Under the pieces are notes generated by a model. It was not told the DNA's origin and searched no databases. It saw only the letters and a program-made list of their open reading frames with translations. From Marsupella aquatica (Eukaryota > Plantae > Marchantiophyta), in the NCBI GenBank assembly GCA_973895155.1, contig OZ316895.1, positions 9,970,184 to 10,034,183 on the forward strand: 64,000 nucleotides of DNA, in the 5' to 3' direction. This document shows positions 13,744-26,700 of this stretch, one piece after another. Within the stretch, counting starts at the first letter, position 1; every line of letters starts with the position of its first letter. Made by a program: the position numbers and the translations under genes.

Positions 13744-16700
13744 TCACAGGTGCTCATATGTTTAATTTGGGTCCATTGTCGTCCGATTTTCTGTGAGGGG
13801 ATGATGTTCATTTTGTCTGTATCTTGGTTAGTTTTCAATGAAGTTTGTTGTCTTTGTGAAGTGAAATCAATTGTGGAACGAGATTTTCTCATCATTCTTC
13901 AATTTTGTCAACCTGTATCTTGGTGCAGGACCCTGGCAGTTCATCGTCTGAATCATGACCATGTGAACTAATGACGATGGTATGAACTGCTCAAAACAGG
14001 TGGTTGGGGTGGCCTGAGAACTTTTACTTGCTGTACAGCCATTGCCAGTAGTATAGGGCTTTACTTCTGTAATTCACTCCCAAACACTTCCATATTTAGT
14101 AGTTTGGGGTGGACTCATCAAACCTCGGTAACGAAGGTGTTATCTAAATCTTTCGGCGGTTGGTTACTGCCATTGCACTTTTAATTGCGAAAGTGCCAGA
14201 AGTGCAAATAGCTTCAGTACCTGCCCCGTGTGCTGATTGACAACTACTGCTGCTGGGTCTTGGATTTATGATCTCCTAATGGAGCTCTGTTCAGTGAGTC
14301 ACCTGGGATATCCAGTTCCCGACCACACTTGGCACATCTTTGATGCCGTCACTGAATGTGCAGCCGCCCCTGGTAACAATATTTTGGACTGCCTTTAAAT
14401 GGGTGATTGACGTATCTTGTTTTGACGCGCCAGAAAGTAGTTGTGGAGCAGCCATAAATGGCTTTTATGCCAGCTATCCAGACTATCCTAGGAAGGGACT
14501 TACTTGGTTAGAGGGTCAACAGCTGAAGTTTGTGGACCTGAACCGAGTGTTGTGTTTGAGGACTTGTCATCGTAAACCCTAAAATCTCTCCCCCCTTTCC
14601 ATTCTGAAGAAAAGTTCCCCATGGAAGTCGGTTTTCGTGAGGTGCGGGTTTTGTACAGCAGCAACTGCAACAGTGAAGCTTTCCAGAATGCGAGGCCACT
14701 CAGAAACAAAGCCGACTGGATGATTTACAGCCTTCTGAGCATGCAAAGCTGGGTGATGCTTTTGAAGGGTACCGCTGATTGTATGATGTTGACTCTCAGC
14801 TTACTGAAAAATCTCAACTGTAGAATGTGAGTAGCCCTGAACGCTTCCTTCGTTGGGTTGACTTTGAGGGGATTGCTTCAGCAGAATTCACCTCATTTGG
14901 GTCTGTTAGTTCCAGTGTAAAGTCACAATACAGGTTAGTTTGTGTTGATCATTTGTAGTTACAATGAACCTGGCTGCTTCAATGGTATGCAGGATCAGAA
15001 TTGTTGGTGCCTTTCTTGAGTTTGCCCTCCAAGATAGGCTTGAAGGCGTCTGTAATTTAAAATTGATGGTGATGAAGTAGATTAGATATTCATTACGTTC
15101 ACCAAATTGGGCTGAATGGGCTTGCAAGCTTCATGAAATAAAAAGAGCCTTCCCTGCTTGGTAATGCTGGCACATCGGTTGTTGTCAGCTCCGGCACTGG
15201 AAAGCATTTGCATATACTGTACGTCCTTGTTGTAAATAGTCTATAAATGTATTCTTAAAATTGCAAGCAGCGTTACCTGTTGGCATCCACAGGAGTAAAG
15301 AATCTTCATCTCTATCAGATTTGAATTGCTAGACGAACATTAGGGTTACTTTCAACGTGTTCGTCACCAACTTTTACTGGAAGGCTTCCTGGCACAACGC
15401 ACAGCCTGTTTTTTCCTGTACTTCCGTCATAGGAGTAGTATAAAGTTTTCTAAAGTACCGTGACACTCGGCAATACCTTCACATACAGCACAAGGAAGTT
15501 TCTAGAGAGGGTTTGTTTTCAAGATTTTGTTCTTAAAGCCCAGAGCTCTCTCAGGGGCTTAGCGTGACGTGCAATACTGGGGAAAGGACGAGTTGAGAAC
15601 TGCGGTAAGTGCACAAATCAATTGGTATTGTAAAGATTTATGCACCGTTACTTGATGTGAAAACTTGTCATAGAAAGGGATGTCCTAGAATGCATGTGTA
15701 CACCAAGGATTATGAAAGGGCAATTGCCAAGAAAATGCTCTTTAAGAAAGCTTCCCCAGAAGTACGGCAATGACAACCCAATTGGCTCCAAGATTCGGAC
15801 AAGACAAGCATGGTAGAGCCCTCCCTGGGGAGGAGTTCCCCAAATGAAAGACCCTCAGGCATTCATTCTGGAGAACACCCTCCATGGACAGCTTTAACTT
15901 ATACTTGCTTAGACATCCTTTTGGACAGACGCACATGTCAGGCAGGTGGAAACCACCAAATAACAGTGCTCTGTAGATGTGACTTGTCCATGCTTGAAAT
16001 GTTGACAACATTACTCGGCCTGGGGTCTTGTAAAGATTCCGTTGGAGAATATCCTTGAGGAGGCTTTAGGAGGAGGGGTTTAGGGCTATGAGAGTGCTTG
16101 GGTTACTCAATACAAAGAAAAAACAGATATTTCTGCCCTCAATTTGCCAACTCGGTGTCTAGTTAAGAGGATTAGTTGCCCAATCTAATATTTTCCTTCA
16201 ATCTATGGAAATTGAATAGTTCACTTGTGTACATCAAAAGGTGATCACAAAAGATTTGCCTGGGAAGTCGCCAGTCACGCTATTTTATGAGAGAAAATGG
16301 CTCCCACCCACTTGCCAACCAATCAACAAACCAACCAACTAATCCTCTGGAACACCCACATATCTGGCAGGTTGAAATTGACAAATAATTTCCCAGGCTA
16401 GGGCCAACTGTTTAATTCTTTATTGCTCACTGAAAAGTCCATTTGCAGGAAAAACAAATTAGAAACCAGTGTTATTTTTGTGCGGTTCTCTCCTCAAAAA
16501 TAATGGTGACAGTATGAGTGGGCCGAGGTCTTGTAAAGAGTCCCTTAGAGGAGAGATCTTTAAGAGTTTAGGAGGATGGGTTAGGTTGACAAGTTGTGTA
16601 GCATAGCCCCTCCCTTGAGGGGATTATAGGTTGCAATCCCCTATGGCGATCAGCGCGCGCAAGGGAATAAAGAGGGCATGGATTACCAAGCCTAAATTCA

Positions 16701-17914
16701 ACAAGTACCGGAATATTAGGCTTGGGAGGAGCTAAGGTTCTGATCACCCCAGTGGAAACACAATCATGGAAGATTCACAAGGATGGTAAGTTACAAATTA
16801 GTGTAGGAACCATGCTCCCACCCACCGACCCACTAGGCGCCTGCATCTTGACAAATGCGAGGAAGGTGAACCAAAGCTAAGGCTACGTACAGCTGCAGTC
16901 GTTCACAACATCAGCGAAGTGCAGATTGAACACATTGTAGCATTAGAGCCCAGTAGTTGGAGAATCACATATTCCAGCTAATTATATAAAACTTTTTTTT
17001 AGCAAAGTTCACAAACATGTCTAGTTGGAGAATTGGATAGTTTAATATGTAAACTTCTTTCAAGGGCGTTGCTAAACTAGCAAACACTTCCTTCTGTTTG
17101 ATCAATTGTTGAAGATTAGCAGTCTACAACTCTGCCAACAATTATAGGAGCAATGTAGGTAAATTTGTTTGACTTAGACCCAACTACAATGAAACTCCAC
17201 ACAACGTAAAGTTGACAGATCACCATTCACAAGATGAAAAAGCTGTATAGAAGTGGACAACAATTCACTGTACCACAAGGACAGAGCACGGAGATGAGGC
17301 GACGTCGGGATTCCTTCTTGACCAACACAAGGCCGCGCCATCCAGGCAGCCAAAACACTTGTGAAGGGGACCAGAGCTCCACTGAATTTTGACTTGTAGC
17401 GATGCATGCCTTCTCTCACATCAGTGCCCCGTCACCAATATAGACTTGTTTTGTCCTTGTAGAACTCTTGGAGACGCAGCCGCATTGACAGTGGTCTTTC
17501 CATGCTGAATGGGTGCTACTACGGAATTGCTTGTACACAAAGCTCCCCTAGCATCAAAGCAGGAGGCAAAAAAAAGTTGTCCATGAGCATGCCATAGCCT
17601 TGGGGAGATCACTATGTGGAAGGCCATGCATCATGTGCAATGATTTGAATTATTTATGATGCCCCTAATCACTTTAAACAAAATTGTATGACATCAATAA
17701 TATGATGACATGTATGTATTTTGCAGTTAAAAAACCCTATATTTCTACTAACAACTTAAATGATTAAAATGACCCTATACTTTATTGCATGTGATGTATG
17801 ACTTCCATGAAAGTGACGCCCACCCTGAGACGGTATGAAAGCTAGCAAACTTGTCAAAATTTGATTTCTCCACGACAAAAATATTGTTACCCAGCCATAG
17901 ATCTTGACAGTCAA

Positions 17915-20900
17915 GCTTGAATGCAAATCACAATGAACTTTAAGTCTCCACAGCTTCTGCTGCTGCAACATACTCTGCTTCTATAGTAGACTGAGATATA
18001 CACTTCTGCAAGGTAGATTTCCAACTGATACATCCTCCTCCAAGAGTAAATACAAACCCAGTTGTAGACCTCCTTGTGTCTAGACAGCCTCCATAGTCAG
18101 AATCTACATAGCCAACTAACATTCTATTTGATCTGTTATCAAATAGTAATCCATAGTCCCGTGTTCTCTTCACATACCTGAGAATCCATTTCACAGCTTC
18201 CCAATGTACCTTCCCTGGATTTGACATGAATCTGCTCACCTCGCCCATCGCTAGGGCTAAGTCATGCCTAGTACAAGTCATCAAATACATCAAACTGCCT
18301 ACTGCCTTCTCATAAGGACTCTTAGCCATCAAATCTTTCTCCATAGCATCCGTAGGATAGAAAACCGATGATAACTTGAAATGTGAAGCTAAAGGAATAC
18401 TCACTGGCTTGCAGTTCTCCATGTTGAATCGTGCAAGTACTTTCCTCGCGTACTGGCCTTGACTCAAGCACAACTATCCAGTATCAGAGTTCCTAAAAAA
18501 ATCCATCCCTAAGATCCTCTTGGCTTTACCAAGATTCTTCATCCTGAATTCAACACTCAATTTCGCCTAGAGACTGTCAATCTCAGATTGATCTTTAGCC
18601 ACAATCAGCATGTCATCCACATAGATCACCAGAATGATGAAACCAAACACATCATTTTTGACTGATTTTGTATACACACAAGGATCATACACCATCCTTG
18701 TAAAACCTTGAGCAAACATGAAATCATCAAACCGCTTGTTCCACTGTCTGGGAGACTGCTTCAATCCATACAAGGACTTGAGCAATCTGCAAACTAAGTT
18801 CTATTGGCCCTTCTTTATAAAGCCTAGTGGTTGTCTCATGAAGATCATCTCTTCTAAGTTGCCATAGAGAAAAGCAGTAACAACATCCATCTGATCCATC
18901 ACCAGACCAAAAAACACAACAAGTTGACACAAGATCCGAATTGTGGAATACTAAGCCACCGATGAAAAGACCTCATTGTAATCCACTCCTTTATTTTGAG
19001 TGAATCCCTTGGCAACAAGCCTTGCCTTGTAGATCTTGTCTCCACCCTCTAAAGGACTGTCCTTCAACTTGTAAATCCACTTGCTGTCCACCACTTGCTG
19101 ACCTCTTGGAAACTCCACCAGCTCCCATGTCTTGTTGTCACTCAAAGATTGCAAATCCCTCTGCATTGCTGCATTCCACTCATGCTTCTGCTCTGACGCA
19201 CAAGCCTCACTGTACGAAGAAGGCTCTCCTTCTTCCAAGATCAAAGCCATGTCACCATCATCAGATGCAATGTCAATATCATCTAGCTTAGATGAGTCTG
19301 CCCATTGACCATACCTGGTAGGAGCTCTAGTAGAACGACTGGAAGTTCTTCTAGTAGATGACTCAGGCTGATCTGCTGCTGCTGCTGGTTGAATTTGAGG
19401 TACCCCAACAACAATCTGCTTCTCTTGTTCCATCACAGGAACTAGCTCCAAGCCCGAAGCTTCTCCATCTCTCCTGTCATGAACAACATCATGACTAATC
19501 TCTCCCTCAACCCGGTCCGGGATGGGAGATTTCCCCTTGTCAGTATGGGAGTCCTGAGAACTCTCCCCCTCCTTTGATGATCTGGATTCATTAAAGGACA
19601 CATCTCTACTGACAATTAGTTTATAGGTTACTGGATCCCATAACCTATAACCCTTCACACCTTTCTGATAGCCAAGGAAAATGCACTTCTTTGACTTGGA
19701 CTCCAGCTTGGATCGAAGCTGGGAAGGTGTAAGCACATAAGCATCACATCCAAAAATCCTTAGATGTGAGTAATCTGCTGGACGCCCATACCTCATTTCA
19801 AATGGCGTCTTGAATCCAATAGAACTGGATGGAGAAAAATTTACCAAATAAGTTGCAGTGTTGACAACTTCAACCCAAAACTCATGTGGTAAGCATGATT
19901 GACTCAACATACTCCTCGAGCGTTCCAATAGTGTTCGGTTGAGTCTCTCAGAAACACCATTTTGCTAAGGAGTATAATTTGTTGTGAGATGGCAGGTAAT
20001 CCCTTGCTCCTTACAATACGTTCCAAATTCACCAGAACTGTATTCACCACCGTTATCTGATCGAAGATATTTCACCTTATTACCAGTCTGATTCTCAACT
20101 TGGGCTTTCCACTCCTTAAAAGTGGCAAAAACATCGGACTTATTGTGTAGAAAGTATATCCACACATACCTTGAGTAATCGTCAATGAATGTGACATAGT
20201 ATAACCATCCAATATGTGAGGGAGTAGGGGCTGGACCCCACACATCACTATGTACATACTCAAGTACCTCCTTGCTGGTGTGAGTTCCAACTCCAAAGGG
20301 TTTCCTGTGCTGCTTCCCTAGCACACAGTGCTCACAAAATTTTAACTTACAAGATTGCAAATTAGAAAGTAATCCTTTCTTCTAAAGAATAACCAAACCT
20401 TTTTCACTCATGTGGCCTAAACGGAAGTGCCACAGTCGGGCCGTCTCCTCATGAGATAAGGTTACATTGGCTTCATCACAGACTACACTGCCTTCCAAAA
20501 CGTATAGATTGCTATGTCTCTTTCCCTTCAATACAACTTTAGTACCAATTGAAACCTGAAGGACACCATTAGCAAAACTCCACTCATGGCCATTTGCTTC
20601 TAAAACTCTAAGTGAAATAAGATTTTTCATCATGCTGGGAATATGTCTCACATTCCTCAACGTTCTCACAACACCATCAAACATCTGAAATCTTACAGAT
20701 CCAAGTCCAACAACTTGACATGGGATTTCATTTCCCATCAACACTGACCCGTTGGAAACCGTGTAAGAACTGAAAAAATCTCTCCTAGAGCAAATTTGAG
20801 AAGTACATGCACTATCTAGAATCCAGTCATCACTACCTAGATTTGACACTACGTTGAGAGGATAACCTTGATATCACAATATGTCATCATCATCGAGTAA

Positions 20901-21140
20901 ATCTACCTCATGCGAGCTCGATGCTGTGTTAGCAGATGCAGTAGGGACCTTTACTCGACAATCCCTTTTCATGTGACTAGGCTTGCCACAATTCCAACAT
21001 GCAAGAGGCTTCCTCTCTTGTGATTTCCCTCTGGATTTAGATCTCCCCCGTGATGTAGATCTAAACTTGTTCTGCCCATTCGTGCGCTGCGCTGGTCTCT
21101 CACGGTTCATGTTCAGCGCAGTGCCAGAAGAAGATGCTGT
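17915..21140 (-). mobile_element. Second decayed Ty1/copia internal region (gag C-terminus, PR, IN, RT, start of RNase H), truncated at both ends, no LTRs
   Basis: CWNCGKPSHMKRDC knuckle, WILDSACT protease, HSDVWGP integrase, YKARLVAKGFTQ, LYGLKQSPRQW, YVDDML RT and YVDSDYGG...STTG RNase H. Many stops and frameshifts. Shares TDKGKSPIPD-VEGEI with the first copia, so likely the same family. Confidence 0.93.
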
Positions 21141-21471
21141 ATGTAACTCCGTGTTGAAAACAAATGTAGGTGTCATGAAGGAGATTCTTAGGTACATGGC
21201 AGTTCCGTTCGAGGAAGACCAGCTCACTTACAAGGATAGGATGCATGAGTACATCCAGGTCACAAAGGGAGCTCGTCTAGAGCAACTAACCAGATTGAGA
21301 CATGATTTCAAGATGCCACTTGATATGTTGGTAGGGCTGACACATCAGCAATCCCAGTCCCTGATCGACAGGCTGAGGAGGAGCAGTGACCAGGGGCTGC
21401 TATCTGACGTCCCTGCCCAAACAACAACGGAACAACCCACCACATCCAAGTGGAAATTCAACGCGATGTGA
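21141..21471 (+). other. 3' fragment of an unidentified coding sequence abutting the truncated copia
   Basis: About 110 open, protein-like codons (KEILRYMAVPFEEDQLTY...KWKFNAM*) followed by AT-rich sequence. It begins where copia homology stops. Confidence 0.35.
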
Positions 21472-22313
21472 CAGTTGTTTCCATGATGTAGTACAAGTTT
21501 CATTTTTCAGAACAATGTGGTGTATCATGCAAAAACAAATGACAAGTCCCAATAAAAATACCCATTGTCGGAAACATATTTATCTATATCAATAACTATC
21601 TACTTTTTAACACATTTTTTATTTGTATCAATAACTATCCACTTTTCAATCTCAATCGAATAAAAACAGGTGGGGGTCCATGAACTAATTTTCAATAAGT
21701 TTAGATAGCAAAGTGTTAGAACGGTGTAGCTATATCCTGACCTTTGAAAAATGAAGACTAGATGATCCTGTGGTGCTAAGGTCAAGGCTTTATCCTGAAA
21801 ATTGAGGAAGATGTGAAGGCTGGATTTTTTTGGGCTAGCTTTGTGCAAAATAGTTCTAATCACTTACCCTAGGTTGAGGCATTTACAGAACTCTAATCAC
21901 TTGCCCACCAAGTAATCAAAAATCCTGTATGGCATACAGGTCACCAACATGTAAACACTTTGGGGGCACTTGCTATTCCCATAATCTGTTTCCCGGAAGT
22001 AACCTTTTCCTGGGCAGAAATTACGTACTATACAGGTCCTGGAGGTCTGGTATGGGGTTCTAGCTTGAACCATCCTTCAAGAAAACTCATAAAACCTTCC
22101 CAAGTTGCCGTCGGTTAAATTTTCTTCACTTCTGATCATTGTGGTACATACTAGTAACTCCAGACGGTACGTCCATTATCCTATCTTACTAATAATTTGC
22201 AAACGGAAGCTACTTTTGAGGCCTAAGGTCTAGAAGGAAGCCTCTAGACCCTGACTCTACTCTAAGTCACAAACACAGAGACAGAAAGATGAACTGCAAG
22301 GTACTTTTTTGTC

Positions 22314-22830
22314 CCCATCCCTCTCCCAAGGAACTGGTACTTGAGGCTAGTCAATCAAGTAACCAACCATAGTTTGTGTTGAAGAGGATCAGCCAGTTCC
22401 TCATCCCTCTCCAAAGGAACTGGTACTCGAGGCTAGTAAAATCAAGTAACCAACCATAGTTTGTGTTGACAAGGATGAAGGATCAGCCAGTTCCTCATCC
22501 CTCTCCCAAGGCTCTGGTACTCGAGGTTACCGGTAGTACAATCAAGTAACCAACCATAGTTTGTGTTGACGAGGATCAGCCAGTTCCTCATCCCTCTCCC
22601 AAGGAACTGGTACTCAAGGCTAGTCCAATGAAGTAAACCAACCATAGTTTGTGTTGAGGAGGATGAGAGGCTCAGCCAGTTGCAGTACTCGAGGCTAGTA
22701 CAGTGAAGTAACCAACCATAGTTGTGTTTAGAGGATGAGAGGATGAGCCAGTTGCGATACTCGAGGCTAGTACAATGAAGTAACCAACCATAGTTTGTGT
22801 TGACGAGGATGAGCATCTGAGCCAGTTGGT
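22314..22830. repeat. Minisatellite, 6 units of about 70-90 bp, upstream of the pyruvate kinase gene
   Basis: Core AAGTAACCAACCATAGTT(T)GTGTT...GAGGAT...AGCCAGTT occurs six times. Confidence 0.92.
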
Positions 22831-22933
22831 TAGTTGGTGGGTTGTTGTTGCCAATAACGAGGCGGACCGAACTATGGCGAAACCGAAGAAAGAAGCGAAG
22901 CTACAGAAGCGGTGATGCGCACCATCATGGCGA

Positions 22934-22964
22934 ACTGGACTGGACTGGACTGGACTGGACTGGA
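22934..22964. repeat. (ACTGG)n microsatellite
   Basis: About 6 tandem pentamers. Confidence 0.9.
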
Positions 22965-23799
22965 CAACAACGTAGCGTGCAAAATTGACGCAGGACGGAA
23001 GGAATTTCCCGCAGCATCGGAATCGCCGATCCGAACGAGACATCGGAAGAGGAGGAGCAGAGCGGGGATTCCCGAGGACGCCCGCAGATTCTCGCGGCGG
23101 AGCAAACCATCATCGGTACCTTCGGGTTTCGAAAAACAGAGGACAGCCGACGAAATAGTTAATTGATTCTTCTCGTTCCTCTTTGCCCGCCCCTTCCTTC
23201 CTTCCGTCCCTCCGTCGGTCAGTGAACCTCTCTGCATTGTGCGTATAACGAGCGAATCCCCGTGCTGAGTGTGATTTCTGCAGCGAGCCGCTTCGGTATG
23301 TTCGTCTCTGTCTCAATGTTCTCCTTCGATGGCTTGGCTTTGATTTGGCGTGATGCTTTGATTTGATTGAGTACATTGGATTGACTGGTTATCCAGTGGT
23401 GCATGCTCTAAAGTCTGTCCGTCTCTTTCTTGCCCGCACTTCAGTGAGTTTTACTTTCTTTCTCTCTCTCGATTGCGACTGCCGCTGTTGTTGCTCTTGG
23501 AGTTGTTTGCTTCTTCTGATTATTCTGAATCTTCTTGCTCTTTCTTTGCCCGTCCCGTACAATTCTCTTCTTGTTGCGAGGTTTTCCTCGATGGCGCCAT
23601 GGTCTGCTCGCTCGCTGCTGTTCATCTGATTTTCCACCGTTTCTTGGCCGCTTAACGTTGCTGGAATGATTGGACTGGTTGCATGCCAATCTTGCAGGTT
23701 TTGAAACGAAACTTGCAGTTTCAGGGGTTTAAGGCGCTTGGTCTATTTCTCGACGTGCGGGCCTTCTGAGTTTACGGGCGAACGCCGTGGGAGAAGAAA

Positions 23800-26700
23800 A
23801 TGACGACGGTGCTTCTGTCTACAGCAGCAGCAGCAGGCACGGCGTTGTCGTGCTCGACATCCTCCAGCAGCAAGGTGTTTCTCCAAGATGAATCGTTCTG
23901 TGTGGCATTTGGGGGGCGCCACAGCGGGCTAAGGAAAATGGTGGCCCAGAGAATGAATAAATCTCAGCAGCAACAACGGCAAAGAGGAGTAGGAGGAGTT
24001 CAAGCCAGCAGCATGAAGCCTCCACGCGTTCTGAGTGATACGGCGGAGGTTCTCCCGGTGTCTCCAGACGATCAAGGCTTCTACAATTCTGGCAGTCAGG
24101 TAACTTATTGGCAACCTTACTTCCTTCTTCTTCTCCAGACAAATTTCTCATACTCTACATGGGCGGCTTTTATTTGAAAGCTTGACTGAAATGCCTGCGA
24201 TGTTCAATATTATTGGGATTGATGGACGGACAATGTCCTGGCTGTTCACCCTCGTCTTGGAGCAAAATCGTCGGCCATGATATGGGCAAATGACGGGTGG
24301 ATCTCAATTTTGGATTGTCACCCCTCGTCCTGCCCACCAGTGACCGTCTGTAAACATTGTTGATGCAGACGTGTGCCTTTAATATTAGGAGCTTCTCAAC
24401 TTGGGATCCCCACCCCCCTCCTTCTCTTCTTGCCGTTGTGTTTTCTATTGCTAAAATTGGGATTGCTTCTTTTTGCTTTCGTTTCGCCATCCTGGTTACT
24501 AGGGAGCCAGCTATCTACACTTACGAAGCAATGTTCCTGAGTCTTTACATTGGCAGCTTCTCAATAGGGATTTTCCAACCCCCAACCTTCTTGCGGGCTA
24601 GCTAACTATAGAGCCAGCTAAATACATGAAGCAAAATGGTCCATGGTGTCACAAGGCTCATGGTGGTGGGCTTTCTCTTATTGTGGGGTGCCGTGTCTTT
24701 CTGGGAATTCAATCGGTGGGAATGAATTATTTCTTGAGCTTGGGGATTGAGAGACTGACCTAATTTTGGTTGTGTGAGGATAGCCGACAGTCTCTCTGGA
24801 GCAACTTCTGGCCATCCGCGATGGGAAGACTTCTGGAAGCATGTGGGTGAAGCCCAGTTTCCAGAGAAAGACCAAGATTGTTTGCACCATTGGTCCTACC
24901 TCGAACACTCGTGAGATGATTTGGAAGCTCGCCGAGGCAGGAATGAACATTGCCCGTCTGAACATGTCCCACGGAGACCATGCATCACACAAGAAGGTCA
25001 TTGATCTCGTAAGGGAATACAACGAAGAGGCTGGAGCTCATATTATCGGATTGATGTTGGACACAAAGGTATCAAGCTTTGTCTCACACCCTCTGCTGGT
25101 ATAGTTTTTGGGCATTGAAGTTGTCTCTTCCATGGGGAGTCGTTCTAAAATCTAATGCTCCCTAAAATATCGATACTTCTTTTATACCGCCTGCTTTTAT
25201 ATGTTCAGGGATTGCAATCTCTTGTCGCAACTATATGTAGAATGACAGGAAAGTAAGTCTGATAGGGAATAGACGGAAACCCAGATCCTGGGTCTAATTG
25301 GATTTTGGTGACAAGTAAAACCTCATGACAAATCCGAGCTGGATTCGCTGCTGTCGATTCTCTTTTACTTCGGACGTCCTCTAACTCTGAAATGGGGCGC
25401 ATTTTCAGGGTCCAGAAGTAAGGAGTGGAGATTTGCCACGACCAATCAAGCTTGATAAGGGACAAGAGTTTACGTTCACTATCGAAAGAGGCGTTGGGAC
25501 TGACACTTCAGTCAGTGTGAACTATGATGATTTCGTGAATGATGTTGCCAAAGATGACATTTTGCTTATTGATGGTATTTATCCCTCCATCCTTCTGTTT
25601 GCCACCACGGTTTCACGTCAACCTTCCGATCAAATATATAATCATGTTGGTGGACCAATCAATCCCTTCGTCGGTTTAGATTGCATTTATACGCTGGTTG
25701 TCCGTTCAGTTTGTACTTCAGCTGCCAATCGATCTTTTTGGCGAAGAAGTTCATATTATGGTGAAGGGTCATAGTTGGGTTGGGCGATGATGTTTCCAGT
25801 GTTGTAAGATTACTTCCTGGTTGCTAACTTTGGACCTGTTTGGTAACTCTGTTGTAAACCACAGGAGGAATGATGTCACTTCAGGTAAAATCTAAAACAG
25901 CAAAGGAAGTGCATTGTGAAGTGGTGGATGGTGGAGAGCTCAAGTCACGTCGACATTTGAATGTTCGAGGGAAGAGCGCAACTTTGCCTTCAATAACAGG
26001 CAGCTTCCTTATCCTAGTGCTCCAACCGTTCTTGAGACATTCTGTCAAACTCTTGCCTTGGCTCTTTTCAAAACTTTAGCAAGCTTATGTCGAGGTCTAT
26101 ATTCAGTCATCTTAGAAACATTCCCTTCACAATTTTGCTGGTTTGCATTGGACATACGTGCTAAACAAAAGTTGCGATCGTGAGAAAGATCGTGATGCGC
26201 CATGTCCTGATTCAGATCTTTGCACGTATTTTCTTTCAGATAAGGACTGGGATGATATCAAGTTTGGTGTTGAGAATAAAGTTGACTACTATGCTCTGTC
26301 GTTTGTGAAAGATGCTCAAGTTGTCCATGAGCTAAAGGACTACCTGAAAGGTACTTGACTTTGGAAGTATAAACGTTTGCTCTTGTACTATTTCGGCGGA
26401 TGTTTCAGTTGTTTGTCACCTTGCAATTTCCCTCAGTTCCTCTCAGTGGTGATAGTTGTCCTCTTAGGTCCGTCTCAAATCTTTGCTCCTGTTACTCTTT
26501 GCTTCTGGGTTTGTGTCCTGTGCTATCTCTGTTTCTCCTCCTCCATCACGAGAAATTCTAATGTTGTTTCGTTGATGTGGGGAGCAGCTCAGAATGCCGA
26601 CATCTATGTGATCGTTAAAATTGAAAGTGCTGACTCTATTCCTAACTTGCAGTCCATTCTTGAAGCTACTGATGGGGTGAGTTAGCAAACAGCTCCATTC

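Noticed and set aside
22314-22830. CRISPR-like or coding repeat (ORFs 22442-22816 and 22672-23043)
   Set aside because: Inter-core sequence is itself repeated, and the ORFs are by-products of a minisatellite.
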